In this document: positions 19,850 through 29,283 of the stretch, in pieces
How the letters are laid out: every line of letters starts with the position of its first letter
Numbering within the stretch: position 1 is the first letter of the stretch
Assembly (NCBI GenBank): GCA_963816395.1
Contig: CAWFKQ010000016.1
Location: 576,001-640,000, forward strand
Origin: an uncultured delta proteobacterium
GTDB taxonomy: Bacteria; Desulfobacterota; Desulfuromonadia; Desulfuromonadales; JACZKF01
Length of the DNA stretch: 64,000 bases
Reading direction: 5' to 3'
The notes under the pieces: model-generated
Databases searched by the model: none
What the model saw: the letters and a program-made list of their open reading frames with translations, nothing else
Told to the model about the DNA's origin: nothing
Position numbers and translations under genes: made by a program

Positions 19850-21244
19850 ATGAACGGGCAGAATAATTATCAGTCGGAAACCACGGTGCAGCACGCCCCC
19901 GTGCTTGCGGGCGCAGAGGAAAAAACAACGACCATGAACTGGCAGGAGATCTACCGGTCCCGGGTAACCACGCCGGAGGAGGCCGTTAAGGCAATCAAGT
20001 CGGGAGATCGCGTATTTTTAATGGGCAATGCCTCGGTCCCCCTGCAATTGCTGGCCGCTCTGGTCAAGCGGGCGCCCGAGCTCCGGGATGTCGAGATCTG
20101 CCACCCGCTGGTCATCTGCCCCGCAGACTATGTGGCGCCCGAAATGGCAGGGCATTTGCGGGTCAATTCCATGTTCATCAGCGCCAATGTCCGCAAGGCG
20201 GTCAACGAAGGACGCGCGGATTTTACCCCGGTCATGCTTTCCGAATTTCCCCTGCTCTTTAAAAACGGGGTCCTGCCCCTCGATATCGCTCTGATTCATG
20301 TGTCACCCCCCGACCGGGATGGATACTGCTCCATGGGGGCCGAGTCGGGCCTGACCATTTCGGCGGCGGAAGTGGCCAAGATCGTGATTGCCCAGGTCAA
20401 TGAACAGATGCCGCGTACCCTGGGCGATACCCGGATGCATATCTCCCGCATGCATCACATCATACCGGTCAACTGTCCGATCAGCGAACACGCCATGGGT
20501 GCGGAGGCCGAAGATGCCGTGGTCGAGAAACTCGCCGGCCACATTGCCGGTTTGATCCCCGATGGCGCCACCATGCAGCTGGGTATCGGCAGTATCCCGG
20601 ATGCCGTACTCAAGTACCTGTACGACAAAAAGGACCTGGGCGTGCACTCCGAATTGATCTCCGACGGGGTGATCGACCTGGTGGAGGCGGGCGTTCTGAA
20701 TGGTTCGCGCAAAAGCATCCATCGCGGCAAAATTGTCGCCGGGTTCCTGCTGGGCACCAAACGCCTGTATGAGTGGGTGGACAACAATCCGCTGGTCGAG
20801 CTGCACCGCACCGAGTATGTCAACGATCCGTTCGTGGTGGCGCAGAACGACCGCATGGTGGCGATCAACTCGGCGATCGAGGTCGATCTCACCGGCCAGG
20901 TGTGCGCCGACAGCATCGGCCCGAAGATGCATTCGGCCGTGGGCGGCCAGCTCGACTTCATCTTCGGCGCTTCCCGCTCCAAGGGTGGCGTGCCGATCAT
21001 CGCCCTGCCGAGCACTTCGGTGCTGCGGGACGGAACGGCGGTCAGCAAGATCGTGCCGATGCTGAAGCATGGCGCGGGGGTGGTTACCAGCCGCAACCAT
21101 GTTCGTTTCGTGGTGACGGAGTTCGGGGTGGCGGATTTGTACGGCAAGAGTGTTCGCCAGCGCACCCAGGCGCTGATCAAGGTTGCCCATCCGCAGTTCC
21201 GTGACGAAATCACCGAGAAGGCGAGGGAACTGAATTACCTCTGA
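19850..21244 (+). CDS. acetyl-CoA hydrolase/transferase family (4-hydroxybutyrate CoA-transferase-like)
   Basis: QLGIGSIPDA, LGVHSE catalytic Glu, INSAIEVDLTGQV, GGQLDF, VTEFGVA; alternative start 19934. Confidence 0.92.
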   Translation: MNGQNNYQSETTVQHAPVLAGAEEKTTTMNWQEIYRSRVTTPEEAVKAIKSGDRVFLMGNASVPLQLLAALVKRAPELRDVEICHPLVICPADYVAPEMAGHLRVNSMFISANVRKAVNEGRADFTPVMLSEFPLLFKNGVLPLDIALIHVSPPDRDGYCSMGAESGLTISAAEVAKIVIAQVNEQMPRTLGDTRMHISRMHHIIPVNCPISEHAMGAEAEDAVVEKLAGHIAGLIPDGATMQLGIGSIPDAVLKYLYDKKDLGVHSELISDGVIDLVEAGVLNGSRKSIHRGKIVAGFLLGTKRLYEWVDNNPLVELHRTEYVNDPFVVAQNDRMVAINSAIEVDLTGQVCADSIGPKMHSAVGGQLDFIFGASRSKGGVPIIALPSTSVLRDGTAVSKIVPMLKHGAGVVTSRNHVRFVVTEFGVADLYGKSVRQRTQALIKVAHPQFRDEITEKARELNYL

Positions 21245-22642
21245 GGGCTCTCCGGACAGCGATCGAGCAGGCGGCGGTAATCCTCTTCGGTGTCGATGTC
21301 CAGGTGAATGGCGGGGTCCTCGACGGGGACCTGTAGGATGCGCCCGGCGTACTCTGCAAAGAGCGGCCGGGCGCCGCTGTCAGCGCGCAGCTCCTGCAGG
21401 CGGGGAAAGGTTTCCCGGCTGAACAGGGCCGGGTTGCCGCGTCGGCCCTGGAAGACGGGGAGGACGATGGGGGACGGGGATTTCTCGTAGGCCGCCAGGA
21501 CCCGGTCGATGATCTCCGGGGTGACCAGGGGCTGATCGCCGAGCAGGAAGAGGGCGGCCTCGCTCTCCTCGGTGAGCGCCCGCAGTCCGGCCTGCAGGGA
21601 AGAACTCTGGCCCAGGCGGTAGTCGGGGTTGCGGACGAGGGTCACTGCCCGGTGCCGCAGCAGCGGTTCAATGGCCTCGGCCTGGTGTCCGATGACCACC
21701 ACCACCCGCTGCAGGGAGGACGCCAGGGCACTGTCGACCACAGTTTCCAGGACGGTCTGGCCGCGGAAGGGGAGGAGTTGCTTGGCCCGCTGCATGCGGG
21801 AGCTGGTCCCGGCCGCCAGCACGATTCCCGCCACCCTGGGAGAGCTCACAGCGGCGGCCCCAGGGGATGCACGGCGTGGACCCGCATGCCGTTCAGCGCC
21901 TGCGCGACGATCAGCGCCTCGGCCACCGGCTGAGGTTGCCGGCGGAGAAGTTCGGCAATCCGCCGCCCCCCCTGGCGCCGCTCCGGGTCGTCGGCCTTGT
22001 TGAGGACGAGGAAACCGACGGGCGCGGGGCGGTGCGCCCTTGAAGGCGCCGTCGGGGTGGGCGAAAAGCCGAACCAGGGCCGCCGGGGTGATCGTCTCGC
22101 CGGCGGCGAGTTCCATCAACTCTCCAGCCAGCTCGGAGCGAAAGACCAGCTCCCCGCTCAGCGGCCTGCCGAGCACCTCCAGGCCGGCAACGGCGGCGAC
22201 GATGGCGCAATTGGCGGGGATTACCGGTTCGTGGCCGGCGGGGGCCTTGAGGGGGCGGCGGGAGGCGCCGTCGGCCTCGACCAGAATCCAGTCGAAAAGG
22301 CCCGATTCTTCGAAGCGGCGGATCGCCTCCGGGGCAAAACCTTTCAGCTTGCCGGCATCGTACTGCTGCGCCGCGGCGGTAAGGTGAGCGCCGCCGCGCC
22401 GCTGCCGCCTGTCGCAGGATCACCTCCGGGTCGGCATCGACGAGCACGTTTGCAGACTGCTCGGGCGTGGGAACAAAGATCTTGGTCGTGGTGGTGGTCA
22501 GCACCCGCTTGCCGGCGCCGATCAGCTGGTGAGCCAGGCCGAACATCAGGCTCGTCTTGCCGCCACCCCCGACCAGACTCACCACCCCCCGCGAATCGCG
22601 GCAAAGTATCTCTGCAAATGATTTCACAGGCGCTTTCTGCAT
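21235..22642 (-). CDS. yqeC: YqeC (Se-cofactor/Mo-hydroxylase maturation) fused to MocA/YgfJ-like nucleotidyltransferase; frameshifted in this assembly
   Basis: N-part VVSLVGGGGKTSLMF...VLTTTTTKI (YqeC); C-part GIVLAAGTSSRM, LGDQPLV, GRRGNP, DIDTEEDY (MocA); pieces lie in different frames. Confidence 0.75.
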
Positions 22643-22752
22643 GGATTCTCTGCTATCCCAGGATTGACACTCACCCAAGGCGTCCTATATGTAAAAGGAC
22701 GGATGCCGAGCCCGTTTCTGCTCCATCTTTTTTTACCAGAAAGGAGAGGTTT

Positions 22753-23073
22753 ATGAAAGATATTCACGATTTGTTTACCAAATTCAAGGAAGACTTCCCG
22801 CAGGTCTACGCCGGCTATGAAAAGCTGGGTCTCGAAATCCATGACAAATCAGGCCCGTTACCGGAAAAAGTTCGCTGGCTGATGAAGATCGCCATCTCAG
22901 GGGCCAGCCGCCACCTCATTGCCCTGGAGACGCATATCGCCAAGGCGAAAGAGGCCGGGGCAACAGAGGAGGAAATAAAACATACCCTGCTCCTGCTGCT
23001 GCAGACCACCGGGTTCCCAAATTTCATGGAATCCTATGGAGTTTTCAAGAAAAGCGGGGGAAACTCAAAGTGA
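22753..23073 (+). CDS. carboxymuconolactone decarboxylase (CMD/AhpD-like) family protein
   Basis: GPLPEKVRWLMKIAISGA...HIAKAKEAGATEEEIKH...TTGFP; aggag RBS; no CxxC. Confidence 0.82.
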   Translation: MKDIHDLFTKFKEDFPQVYAGYEKLGLEIHDKSGPLPEKVRWLMKIAISGASRHLIALETHIAKAKEAGATEEEIKHTLLLLLQTTGFPNFMESYGVFKKSGGNSK

Positions 23074-23154
23074 GATGAGCAAAGGGAGAGGAGAATAATG
23101 GATCATTGAACCGGCGGGAGGCAACGACTTTCTTCGTCTGAAGCGAAGGCATCC

Positions 23155-23964
23155 TCACACGTTATAGACGGCGAGGATCGCCTCCAGCGCCGCCCCGCCC
23201 AGCGCCCTGGCTTTTTCCGAAATGGTGTCGCAGTAGTCTCCCTTGCCCCGCGGGTCAACATCCCCGATCTTGAGGCCGCGTGTGACGGCAATGCCGGGCC
23301 TGATGAGTCCGCGCAGAACGCCGTCCAGCTGCGCCGTGACCTCGGCCGTGCCAACCCGGCCGACAACCTCCCCCTTGCGGACGAGCTCACCGATCTGTTT
23401 GCCGGTTTCAAAGAGGCCGGCTGCCGGGGCACGCAGTACCCTCTCCGCCGTATAGCCGGCGATGGTGCCGGGAATGCCGGTATTGGCCTCGGCCGTGCCG
23501 GCGGTAATCAGGCGGCCGAGATCGTGCCCACGGTTGGTCTCGATCACCACGTGGCAATCGCTGCCGGCCGTGAAACCCGGGCCGAGGGCAATCACCAGCG
23601 GAGCATCCGCGATGGAGAGGCCGAGATTGCGTTTGGCCAGGGTGGCATCGATGAGCACATCAGGCCGCAGCTGGTGGACGCTCTTCCCCTCCGGGTCCAC
23701 CTGGACGGCGATCCTGCCCGCCGCCCAGGCACACCAGAGTTCCGTCTCCTGATCAATTCTCACCGCCGCGATCCCCTCAACGGCAGTGGTCTGCTCGTGG
23801 ACCGCCTCACAGAAGGAAACCCGCCTCCTGACAGCAAGGGGAGCGGGCGTCTCCAGCATGAGGATACGCCTGAAATTGGCGCGGTAGAGCCGGCAGGCCA
23901 CGCCGGTGGCCATTTCCCCAGCGCCCCGAATGAGGATGAGGCGGTCTTTCAGCGCCCTCGGCAT
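23155..23964 (-). CDS. yqeB: selenium-dependent molybdenum hydroxylase system protein, YqeB/EF2563 family
   Basis: IRGAGEMATGVA, VRRRVSFCEA, VIETNRGHDLG, KIGDVDPR, ISEKARALGG. Confidence 0.9.
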   Translation of the reverse strand: MPRALKDRLILIRGAGEMATGVACRLYRANFRRILMLETPAPLAVRRRVSFCEAVHEQTTAVEGIAAVRIDQETELWCAWAAGRIAVQVDPEGKSVHQLRPDVLIDATLAKRNLGLSIADAPLVIALGPGFTAGSDCHVVIETNRGHDLGRLITAGTAEANTGIPGTIAGYTAERVLRAPAAGLFETGKQIGELVRKGEVVGRVGTAEVTAQLDGVLRGLIRPGIAVTRGLKIGDVDPRGKGDYCDTISEKARALGGAALEAILAVYNV

Positions 23965-23965
23965 C

Positions 23966-24727
23966 TCACTCGCGTCCGTAGTAAACCGAGAGCAGCTGGC
24001 TGGCGATGCTGATGGCGATCTCCTGCGGGGAGTCGCCGCCGTTGTCGTGACCGATGGGACAGTGTACCCGTGACAGATCGACCCCGCTCTCCCCCAGGTT
24101 TTTCTGAATCCGGCCCCATTTTGCCTTGCTGCCGATCATCCCGACATAACGGGCGGGATGGGGGAGAACTTCTTCCAGGACCTGCTGATCGATCGCGCCG
24201 TTGAAGGTGACGATGGTGACAAAGGCGCGTTTTTCGCACCAGTTCGCTTTCTGGATGAAGTCGCTATAGTGGCATGGATGGCGAATCGTGCTGCTGGGAA
24301 GGGCCGGGGCATTGATCCACTCATCGCGCTCGTCAATCAAATGGATACGGAAGGGGGTCCCTTCCAGAACCCGGCACAGGGCCTGTCCGACATGGCCGGC
24401 ACCGAACAGGTAGAGAGCCGGATTCTGGTTGATGACTTCCATGTACATCTCCATCGTGCCGCCGCAGGCGGGGAACTCCCCGATCTGTTTCAGCGGCACT
24501 TCCAGCGAGGCCGATTGCGCCTCGGTCAGGCACTGCATCGCTTCGTCAAGGGCATACTGTTCGACGTTCCCCCCGCCGATGGTGCCGTAAAATTTTCCAT
24601 CGGGCAGGACGATCATCTTCGCCCCCTGCTTGCGGGGGGTCGAACCGGCGCTTTTGGTTACCGTCACCAGGACGGCAAGCTGGTTTTGCTGGCGCAACTC
24701 ATCGAGTTTACCGATCCAGTCCCACAT
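23966..24727 (-). CDS. xdhC: XdhC family molybdoenzyme maturation factor
   Basis: GSTPRKQGAKM, GTIGGG, CGG, FGAGHVG, GMIGS, HCPIG, PQEIAISI. Confidence 0.92.
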   Translation of the reverse strand: MWDWIGKLDELRQQNQLAVLVTVTKSAGSTPRKQGAKMIVLPDGKFYGTIGGGNVEQYALDEAMQCLTEAQSASLEVPLKQIGEFPACGGTMEMYMEVINQNPALYLFGAGHVGQALCRVLEGTPFRIHLIDERDEWINAPALPSSTIRHPCHYSDFIQKANWCEKRAFVTIVTFNGAIDQQVLEEVLPHPARYVGMIGSKAKWGRIQKNLGESGVDLSRVHCPIGHDNGGDSPQEIAISIASQLLSVYYGRE

Positions 24728-24769
24728 GTCTCCATCCCCGTCATTGCTGAAAGAGCGCCACCTGGTCAT

Positions 24770-24840
24770 ACCGGGATGAAGAGGATAAAAGGGATAAACA
24801 AAAATCTAAATTACTCGGCCTTAATCTCCTTTATCCCGGT
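24770..24840. repeat. short intergenic inverted-repeat element
   Basis: accgggatgaagaggat ... atctcctttatcccggt. Confidence 0.5.
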
Positions 24841-24949
24841 GAATAGATTTGCCTGGCTGTCTGCCAACAGCAAAACTGGAGCAAAGAAGATAACCAGGAA
24901 ACACTATCGCACGCAATGCCGCAATGCCTCAGACCGGCGTTCAGTGCGA

Positions 24950-27273
24950 CTACTTCGCCGCTTTCTGCTCCGCCGCGGCCGCCGCTTCCTGCCCCCGCTT
25001 CTCCTTGAGCGCCCGCCAGACCTTCTCATAGGTGAGCGGCAGGCTGTTCACCCGCACCCCCATGGCATCGAAGATGGCGTTGGAGAACATCCCCAGGGTC
25101 GGGTTGGTGGACCCTTCGCCGACCTCCTTGACGCCCCACGGCCCGGTGGGCTCGTAGCTGTCGACGACTTCCGAGACGACCGGCGGATGATCCATGGCGG
25201 TGAGCAGTTTGTAGTTGGCCAGTTCGGCATTGATGATCTTGCCCTTGTCGTCGAAGAGAACCTCTTCCCAGACCGACTCGCCCATCCCCATGCTCAGGGC
25301 GCCGTGCACCTGACCGTGGAGCAGACGGGGGTTGATCACCTTGCCGCAGTCATGCACGTCCCAGATGCCGACCACTTTGACCTCGCCGGTTTCCTCGTCG
25401 ATCTCCACCTCTCCGACCTGAACGCCGAAGCTGTAGCAGGGCGAGGTGCCGACGGCCGCCCCCTTGAACGTGCCGCCGAGCTTGGGCGGGGAGTAGACTC
25501 CTTTGCCGACCAGCGGTCCCTTGAGGACGAAGAACTTGCGCGCCACTTCCTCGAAGGTGAGGGACTTGTCCGCGCGGGAACGGGAGAAGATCACCCCGTC
25601 TTCGCAGCCGAGATCGGAGATCGGCAGGGAGAGCATGACCGAGGCCATTTCGAGGATCTGTTTCTGGATTTCTTCGCCGGCCTGCTTGACGGCAGTACCG
25701 GACATGTAGGTCTGGCGGCTGGCGTAGGCCCCGAAGTCAAGAGGGGTGGTTTCGGTGTCCGCGGCGACGATCTTCATCTGCTCGTAGCGGTAACCCATTC
25801 CCTCGGCCGCCATCTGGCAAAGCACGGTGTCCGAGCCCTGGCCGATATCGACAGCCCCGGTGTAGAGCGTCGCCGCCGTGCCGTCCTCGTTGACCCGGAT
25901 GACTGCGGAGGCATGGGGCATGTCGGTGCGGTAGATCGGGTAGCCGGCGCCGGTAACGAAGCTGCCGGTGCCCACCCCGATCCCCCGCCCCGGCGGCAGG
26001 TTTTTCTTCTTTTCGTCCCAGCCGGAAATCTCCCGGGCCCGCTCCAGGCACTCGCGCATCTTACAGGAGTTGACCTTGAAATCGTTGGGGGTCACGGTGT
26101 CCGGCCGCCGGGCGTTGCGGATGCGGATATCCATGGGGTCGATCCCCAGATCCATGGCGACGTTGTCCAGGTGGCTCTCGAAGGCGTACTTGGGCTGCGG
26201 GGCGCCGTGGCCGCGCTGGGCGCCGCAGGCCGGCAGGTTGGTGTAGACCCGGAACATGTCGAACTTGAAATTATCGAATTCATAGGTCATCGGCAGCAGT
26301 GCCCCGGCGTAGTAGGCGCTGGCGATCCCCAGGCTGGTGTAGGCGCCGCCGTCCATCTTGAAGTTGGCGTGCACGGCCAGGATCTTGCCGTCCTTGGCGA
26401 CACCGGTGGTGATCTCCATCCACTGGGCATGGCGGCCGCGGTTGTGGGCGAACATTTCGGCGCGGTCGTAGAACATTTTTACCGGGCGACTGGTGAGTTG
26501 GCCAGGACCGCGCCGGCGAACTCCAGTCCGGTCGGCTCCAGTTTGCCGCCGAAACCGCCGCCGACATACGGCTTGATGACCCGGACATCGCCGACGGGCA
26601 TGTTGAACTCCCGGGCGATGTAGTGCTGGAAATAGTGGGGCGACTGGGTGCTCGAGTAGACGGTGAGCTTGTTCTTTTCCCACATCGAGATGGCCGAGTG
26701 GGGCTCGATGGGGGACTGATAGGTACGCTGGCCGACAAAGACGTCGGTACGGATATGGTGGGCCTCGGCGAAGGCCTTATCCACCTCGCCGAACTCCTGA
26801 TGGATCTCCGTGTTGATGTTCCGCTTATACTCCTCATGAACCAGGGGCTGACCTTCATCCATGGCGGTAAGAAAATCGAGAACCGCCGGCAGCACTTCGT
26901 ACTCGACCTTGATGAGCTTCAGGGCCTTGTAGCAGGTCTCCTCGTCGATGCAGGCCACCGCGGCCACCTTGTCGCCGACAAAACGCACCTTGTCGCTGCA
27001 GAAGATGGACTCGTCCCAGCGGGCCGGGCTGATGCCGTACTTCAGCTCCGGAACGTCCTTATGGGTGATGATGGCCTTGACCCCGGGAAGCTTTTCCGCC
27101 TCGGAGGTGTCGATGGAGAGAATCCGGGCGTGGGCGTGCGGGCTGGTCAGGATCTTGCCGAAAAGCAGATTGGGCAGCTTCAGGTCCCCGCAGTACTTGG
27201 CGGCCCCGGTTACCTTTTCCGGGCCGTCGATCCGGGGCACGCTGCGACCGATGACTTTGTATTTGTCACTCAT
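24950..27273 (-). CDS. hcrA: 4-hydroxybenzoyl-CoA reductase alpha (Mo) subunit (HcrA/PcmT-like); one frameshift near 26495
   Basis: XDH-family large subunit split over ORFs 26479-27273 and 24950-26683; HcrA-like motifs QRGHG, PHASA, DIGQGS, KGAAVG, KEVGEG; within p-cresol cluster. Confidence 0.85.
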
Positions 27274-27284
27274 CTTTTTTCTCC

Positions 27285-27800
27285 TTAAAAGTCACTGGGG
27301 GTCAGCTCGCCCCGCGAAGCGGCCAGGACGGCCTCCACGATATGGACATAGCCGGTGCAGCGGCAGAGGTTGCCGGCGATCGCTTCCCGTACCTCCGGTT
27401 CCGTTGGGTGCGGATTGCGGGTCAGCAGGGCTTTGGCCGAGAGCACCATGCCGGGGGTGCAGTAACCGCACTGGACAGCGGCGTGGTTGAGCATCGATTC
27501 CTGAATGGCATCGAGTTGGCCGTGGGCGGCGACCCCCTCGATAGTGGTGATCTCGCGGCCGTCGGCCTCGACGGCCAGTATCATGCACGAGTCGACGGGC
27601 TTGCCGTCCAGAAGCACGGTGCAGGAGCCGCAGTCGCCCAGTTCGCACCCCCGCTTGGTGCCGGTGAGGTTGAGCTGGTCGCGCAACGTGTTGGTCAAGG
27701 TCGTGTTCCCTTTCACCAGCAGAGTATGCGCATCCCCATTAACATTGAGGGTGATCAGGTAGCGCTTCACCCCGTTTTTGTCGGTAATTACCTGAGACAT
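27285..27800 (-). CDS. hcrC: 4-hydroxybenzoyl-CoA reductase gamma ([2Fe-2S]) subunit (HcrC/PcmS-like)
   Basis: GTKRGCELGDCGSCTV, QCGYCTPG, GNLCRCTGY. Confidence 0.88.
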   Translation of the reverse strand: MSQVITDKNGVKRYLITLNVNGDAHTLLVKGNTTLTNTLRDQLNLTGTKRGCELGDCGSCTVLLDGKPVDSCMILAVEADGREITTIEGVAAHGQLDAIQESMLNHAAVQCGYCTPGMVLSAKALLTRNPHPTEPEVREAIAGNLCRCTGYVHIVEAVLAASRGELTPSDF

Positions 27801-27811
27801 ATCCAACCTCC

Positions 27812-28681
27812 TCACACGTGACCTTCGTCAATGGCTTTGCGCAGGGTGCGTTTTGTCAGTACCCCGACCAGATTGCGCCGATATTCTGCCGATCCTCTGA
27901 GATCCGAGATGGGCTTGCTCTCAGCGGCGGCGGAGGTGGCAGCCTGCTCCAGCAGTTCATCGGAGAAGGCCTTGCCTCTGAGCATCTCTTCCGTCTTTTT
28001 CGCCCGCATCGGCACGGGTGCCACAGCGCCCAGGGCGAGTCGGGCATCCTTGATCGTACCGCCCTGAACGGTGACGGCCGCCGCCACGCTGACCACCGCC
28101 AGGGAGCCGGATTTGCGCAGGCCGAACTTCATATAGGTGCTGCCCGTGGTCGGCTGGTCGGGAATGATCACCTCCGTCAGAATTTCATCCGGCGCGATAG
28201 ACGTTTTGCCCGGTCCGGTAATGAACTCTTCCAGGGGCACAACCCGCTCTCCGGCACTTCCCACCAGCTTCACCTGCGCCCCGAGGGCAACCAGCAGCGG
28301 GGGGAGGTCGGCCAGGGGGGAGGCATTGGCGATGTTGCCGCCGATCGTGCCGATATTGCAGATCTGATTGTTGGCCATGGTGTGGGCGGCCATGGGAAGG
28401 GAGAGATAGCGCTCCTGCAGGAGCGCAGAGTTGTAGATGCCGTTGTGAGTCACCAGGGCACCAATAACCACTCCCCGCCCCGCCTCATGGCGGATCCCCC
28501 GCAGTTCCTCCAGGTTTTTCAGCGACACCAGATGATCGGGGACCAAACTACCGATCTTCATCTTGTGAAGAACGTCCGACCCTCCGGCCAAAACCGTGGC
28601 CTTTCCTCCCAGTTCGGCAAGAAGCGCGCAGGCTTCAGCCAAAGTCCCTGGGGCGTGGTACTCGAAATCCGGCATGTACAT
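27812..28681 (-). CDS. hcrB: 4-hydroxybenzoyl-CoA reductase beta (FAD) subunit (HcrB/PcmR-like)
   Basis: LAGGSD, GTIGGNIANASP, ISDLRGSAEYR XDH FAD-subunit motifs. Confidence 0.85.
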   Translation of the reverse strand: MYMPDFEYHAPGTLAEACALLAELGGKATVLAGGSDVLHKMKIGSLVPDHLVSLKNLEELRGIRHEAGRGVVIGALVTHNGIYNSALLQERYLSLPMAAHTMANNQICNIGTIGGNIANASPLADLPPLLVALGAQVKLVGSAGERVVPLEEFITGPGKTSIAPDEILTEVIIPDQPTTGSTYMKFGLRKSGSLAVVSVAAAVTVQGGTIKDARLALGAVAPVPMRAKKTEEMLRGKAFSDELLEQAATSAAAESKPISDLRGSAEYRRNLVGVLTKRTLRKAIDEGHV

Positions 28682-28766
28682 GGTTTTTCTCCCTCGAAAA
28701 TTGTTGGGAAACGTCCTTTTCAGGCCCGGTAGATATCTAGCATGCAAGGCAAATTAATAGCAAAAT

Positions 28767-29180
28767 TCAGCCCTTGAACTCGCGCAGGAAACGTTTGAAA
28801 AGCACTTTCTCCTCCAGGGAGAATCCCGTCAGCAGATCGTTGTTTGTTTGCTCGATGGCGCTTGCCAGGGCCGCCGTGGCCTCTCTTGCCCTGTCCGTCA
28901 GATAGACCCTGGCCACCCGGCCATCGTCCGCATCGGTCTGGCGACGAACCCACCCGGCGGTGACCATGCGCTCCAGGACACCGGCCAGCGTAGCGGTATC
29001 CAGAACGAGCCGGCGGCCGATCTCGCCGATGGAGAGCCCTTCCTCTTCCCAGAGGGATTCGATGAGAAGGCACTGGACGGGAGTCAGGCCAAAAGCCTTG
29101 AGCTGCCCCTTCAAAAATCCCTGGGCCTGCTGATGCGCCTTGGCGATCAAAAAAACAACGTTGTCTCGAAAATTTATCAT
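28767..29180 (-). CDS. MarR family regulator (PcmQ-like)
   Basis: GLTPVQ...LDTATLAGVLERMVTAGWVRRQTDADDGR winged helix; heads the reductase operon. Confidence 0.9.
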   Translation of the reverse strand: MINFRDNVVFLIAKAHQQAQGFLKGQLKAFGLTPVQCLLIESLWEEEGLSIGEIGRRLVLDTATLAGVLERMVTAGWVRRQTDADDGRVARVYLTDRAREATAALASAIEQTNNDLLTGFSLEEKVLFKRFLREFKG

Positions 29181-29202
29181 GTGTTATATTTACCTCGTAT
29201 AC

Positions 29203-29231
29203 AATCTATTATAATGGGATGATCCCGTCAA
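29203..29231 (-). promoter_or_regulatory. candidate sigma70 promoter of the marR-hcr operon
   Basis: Minus strand TTGACG-17 bp-TAGATT. Confidence 0.45.
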
Positions 29232-29283
29232 GCATAAATTTGCTTTCCCAAAACGCCGCTGCGGAGCCGAAAGGTCATCATGG

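Noticed and set aside
24950..28681. Xanthine or CO dehydrogenase
   Set aside because: No CoxL AYxCSFR motif; HcrA-like motifs and the p-cresol context favour 4-hydroxybenzoyl-CoA reductase.
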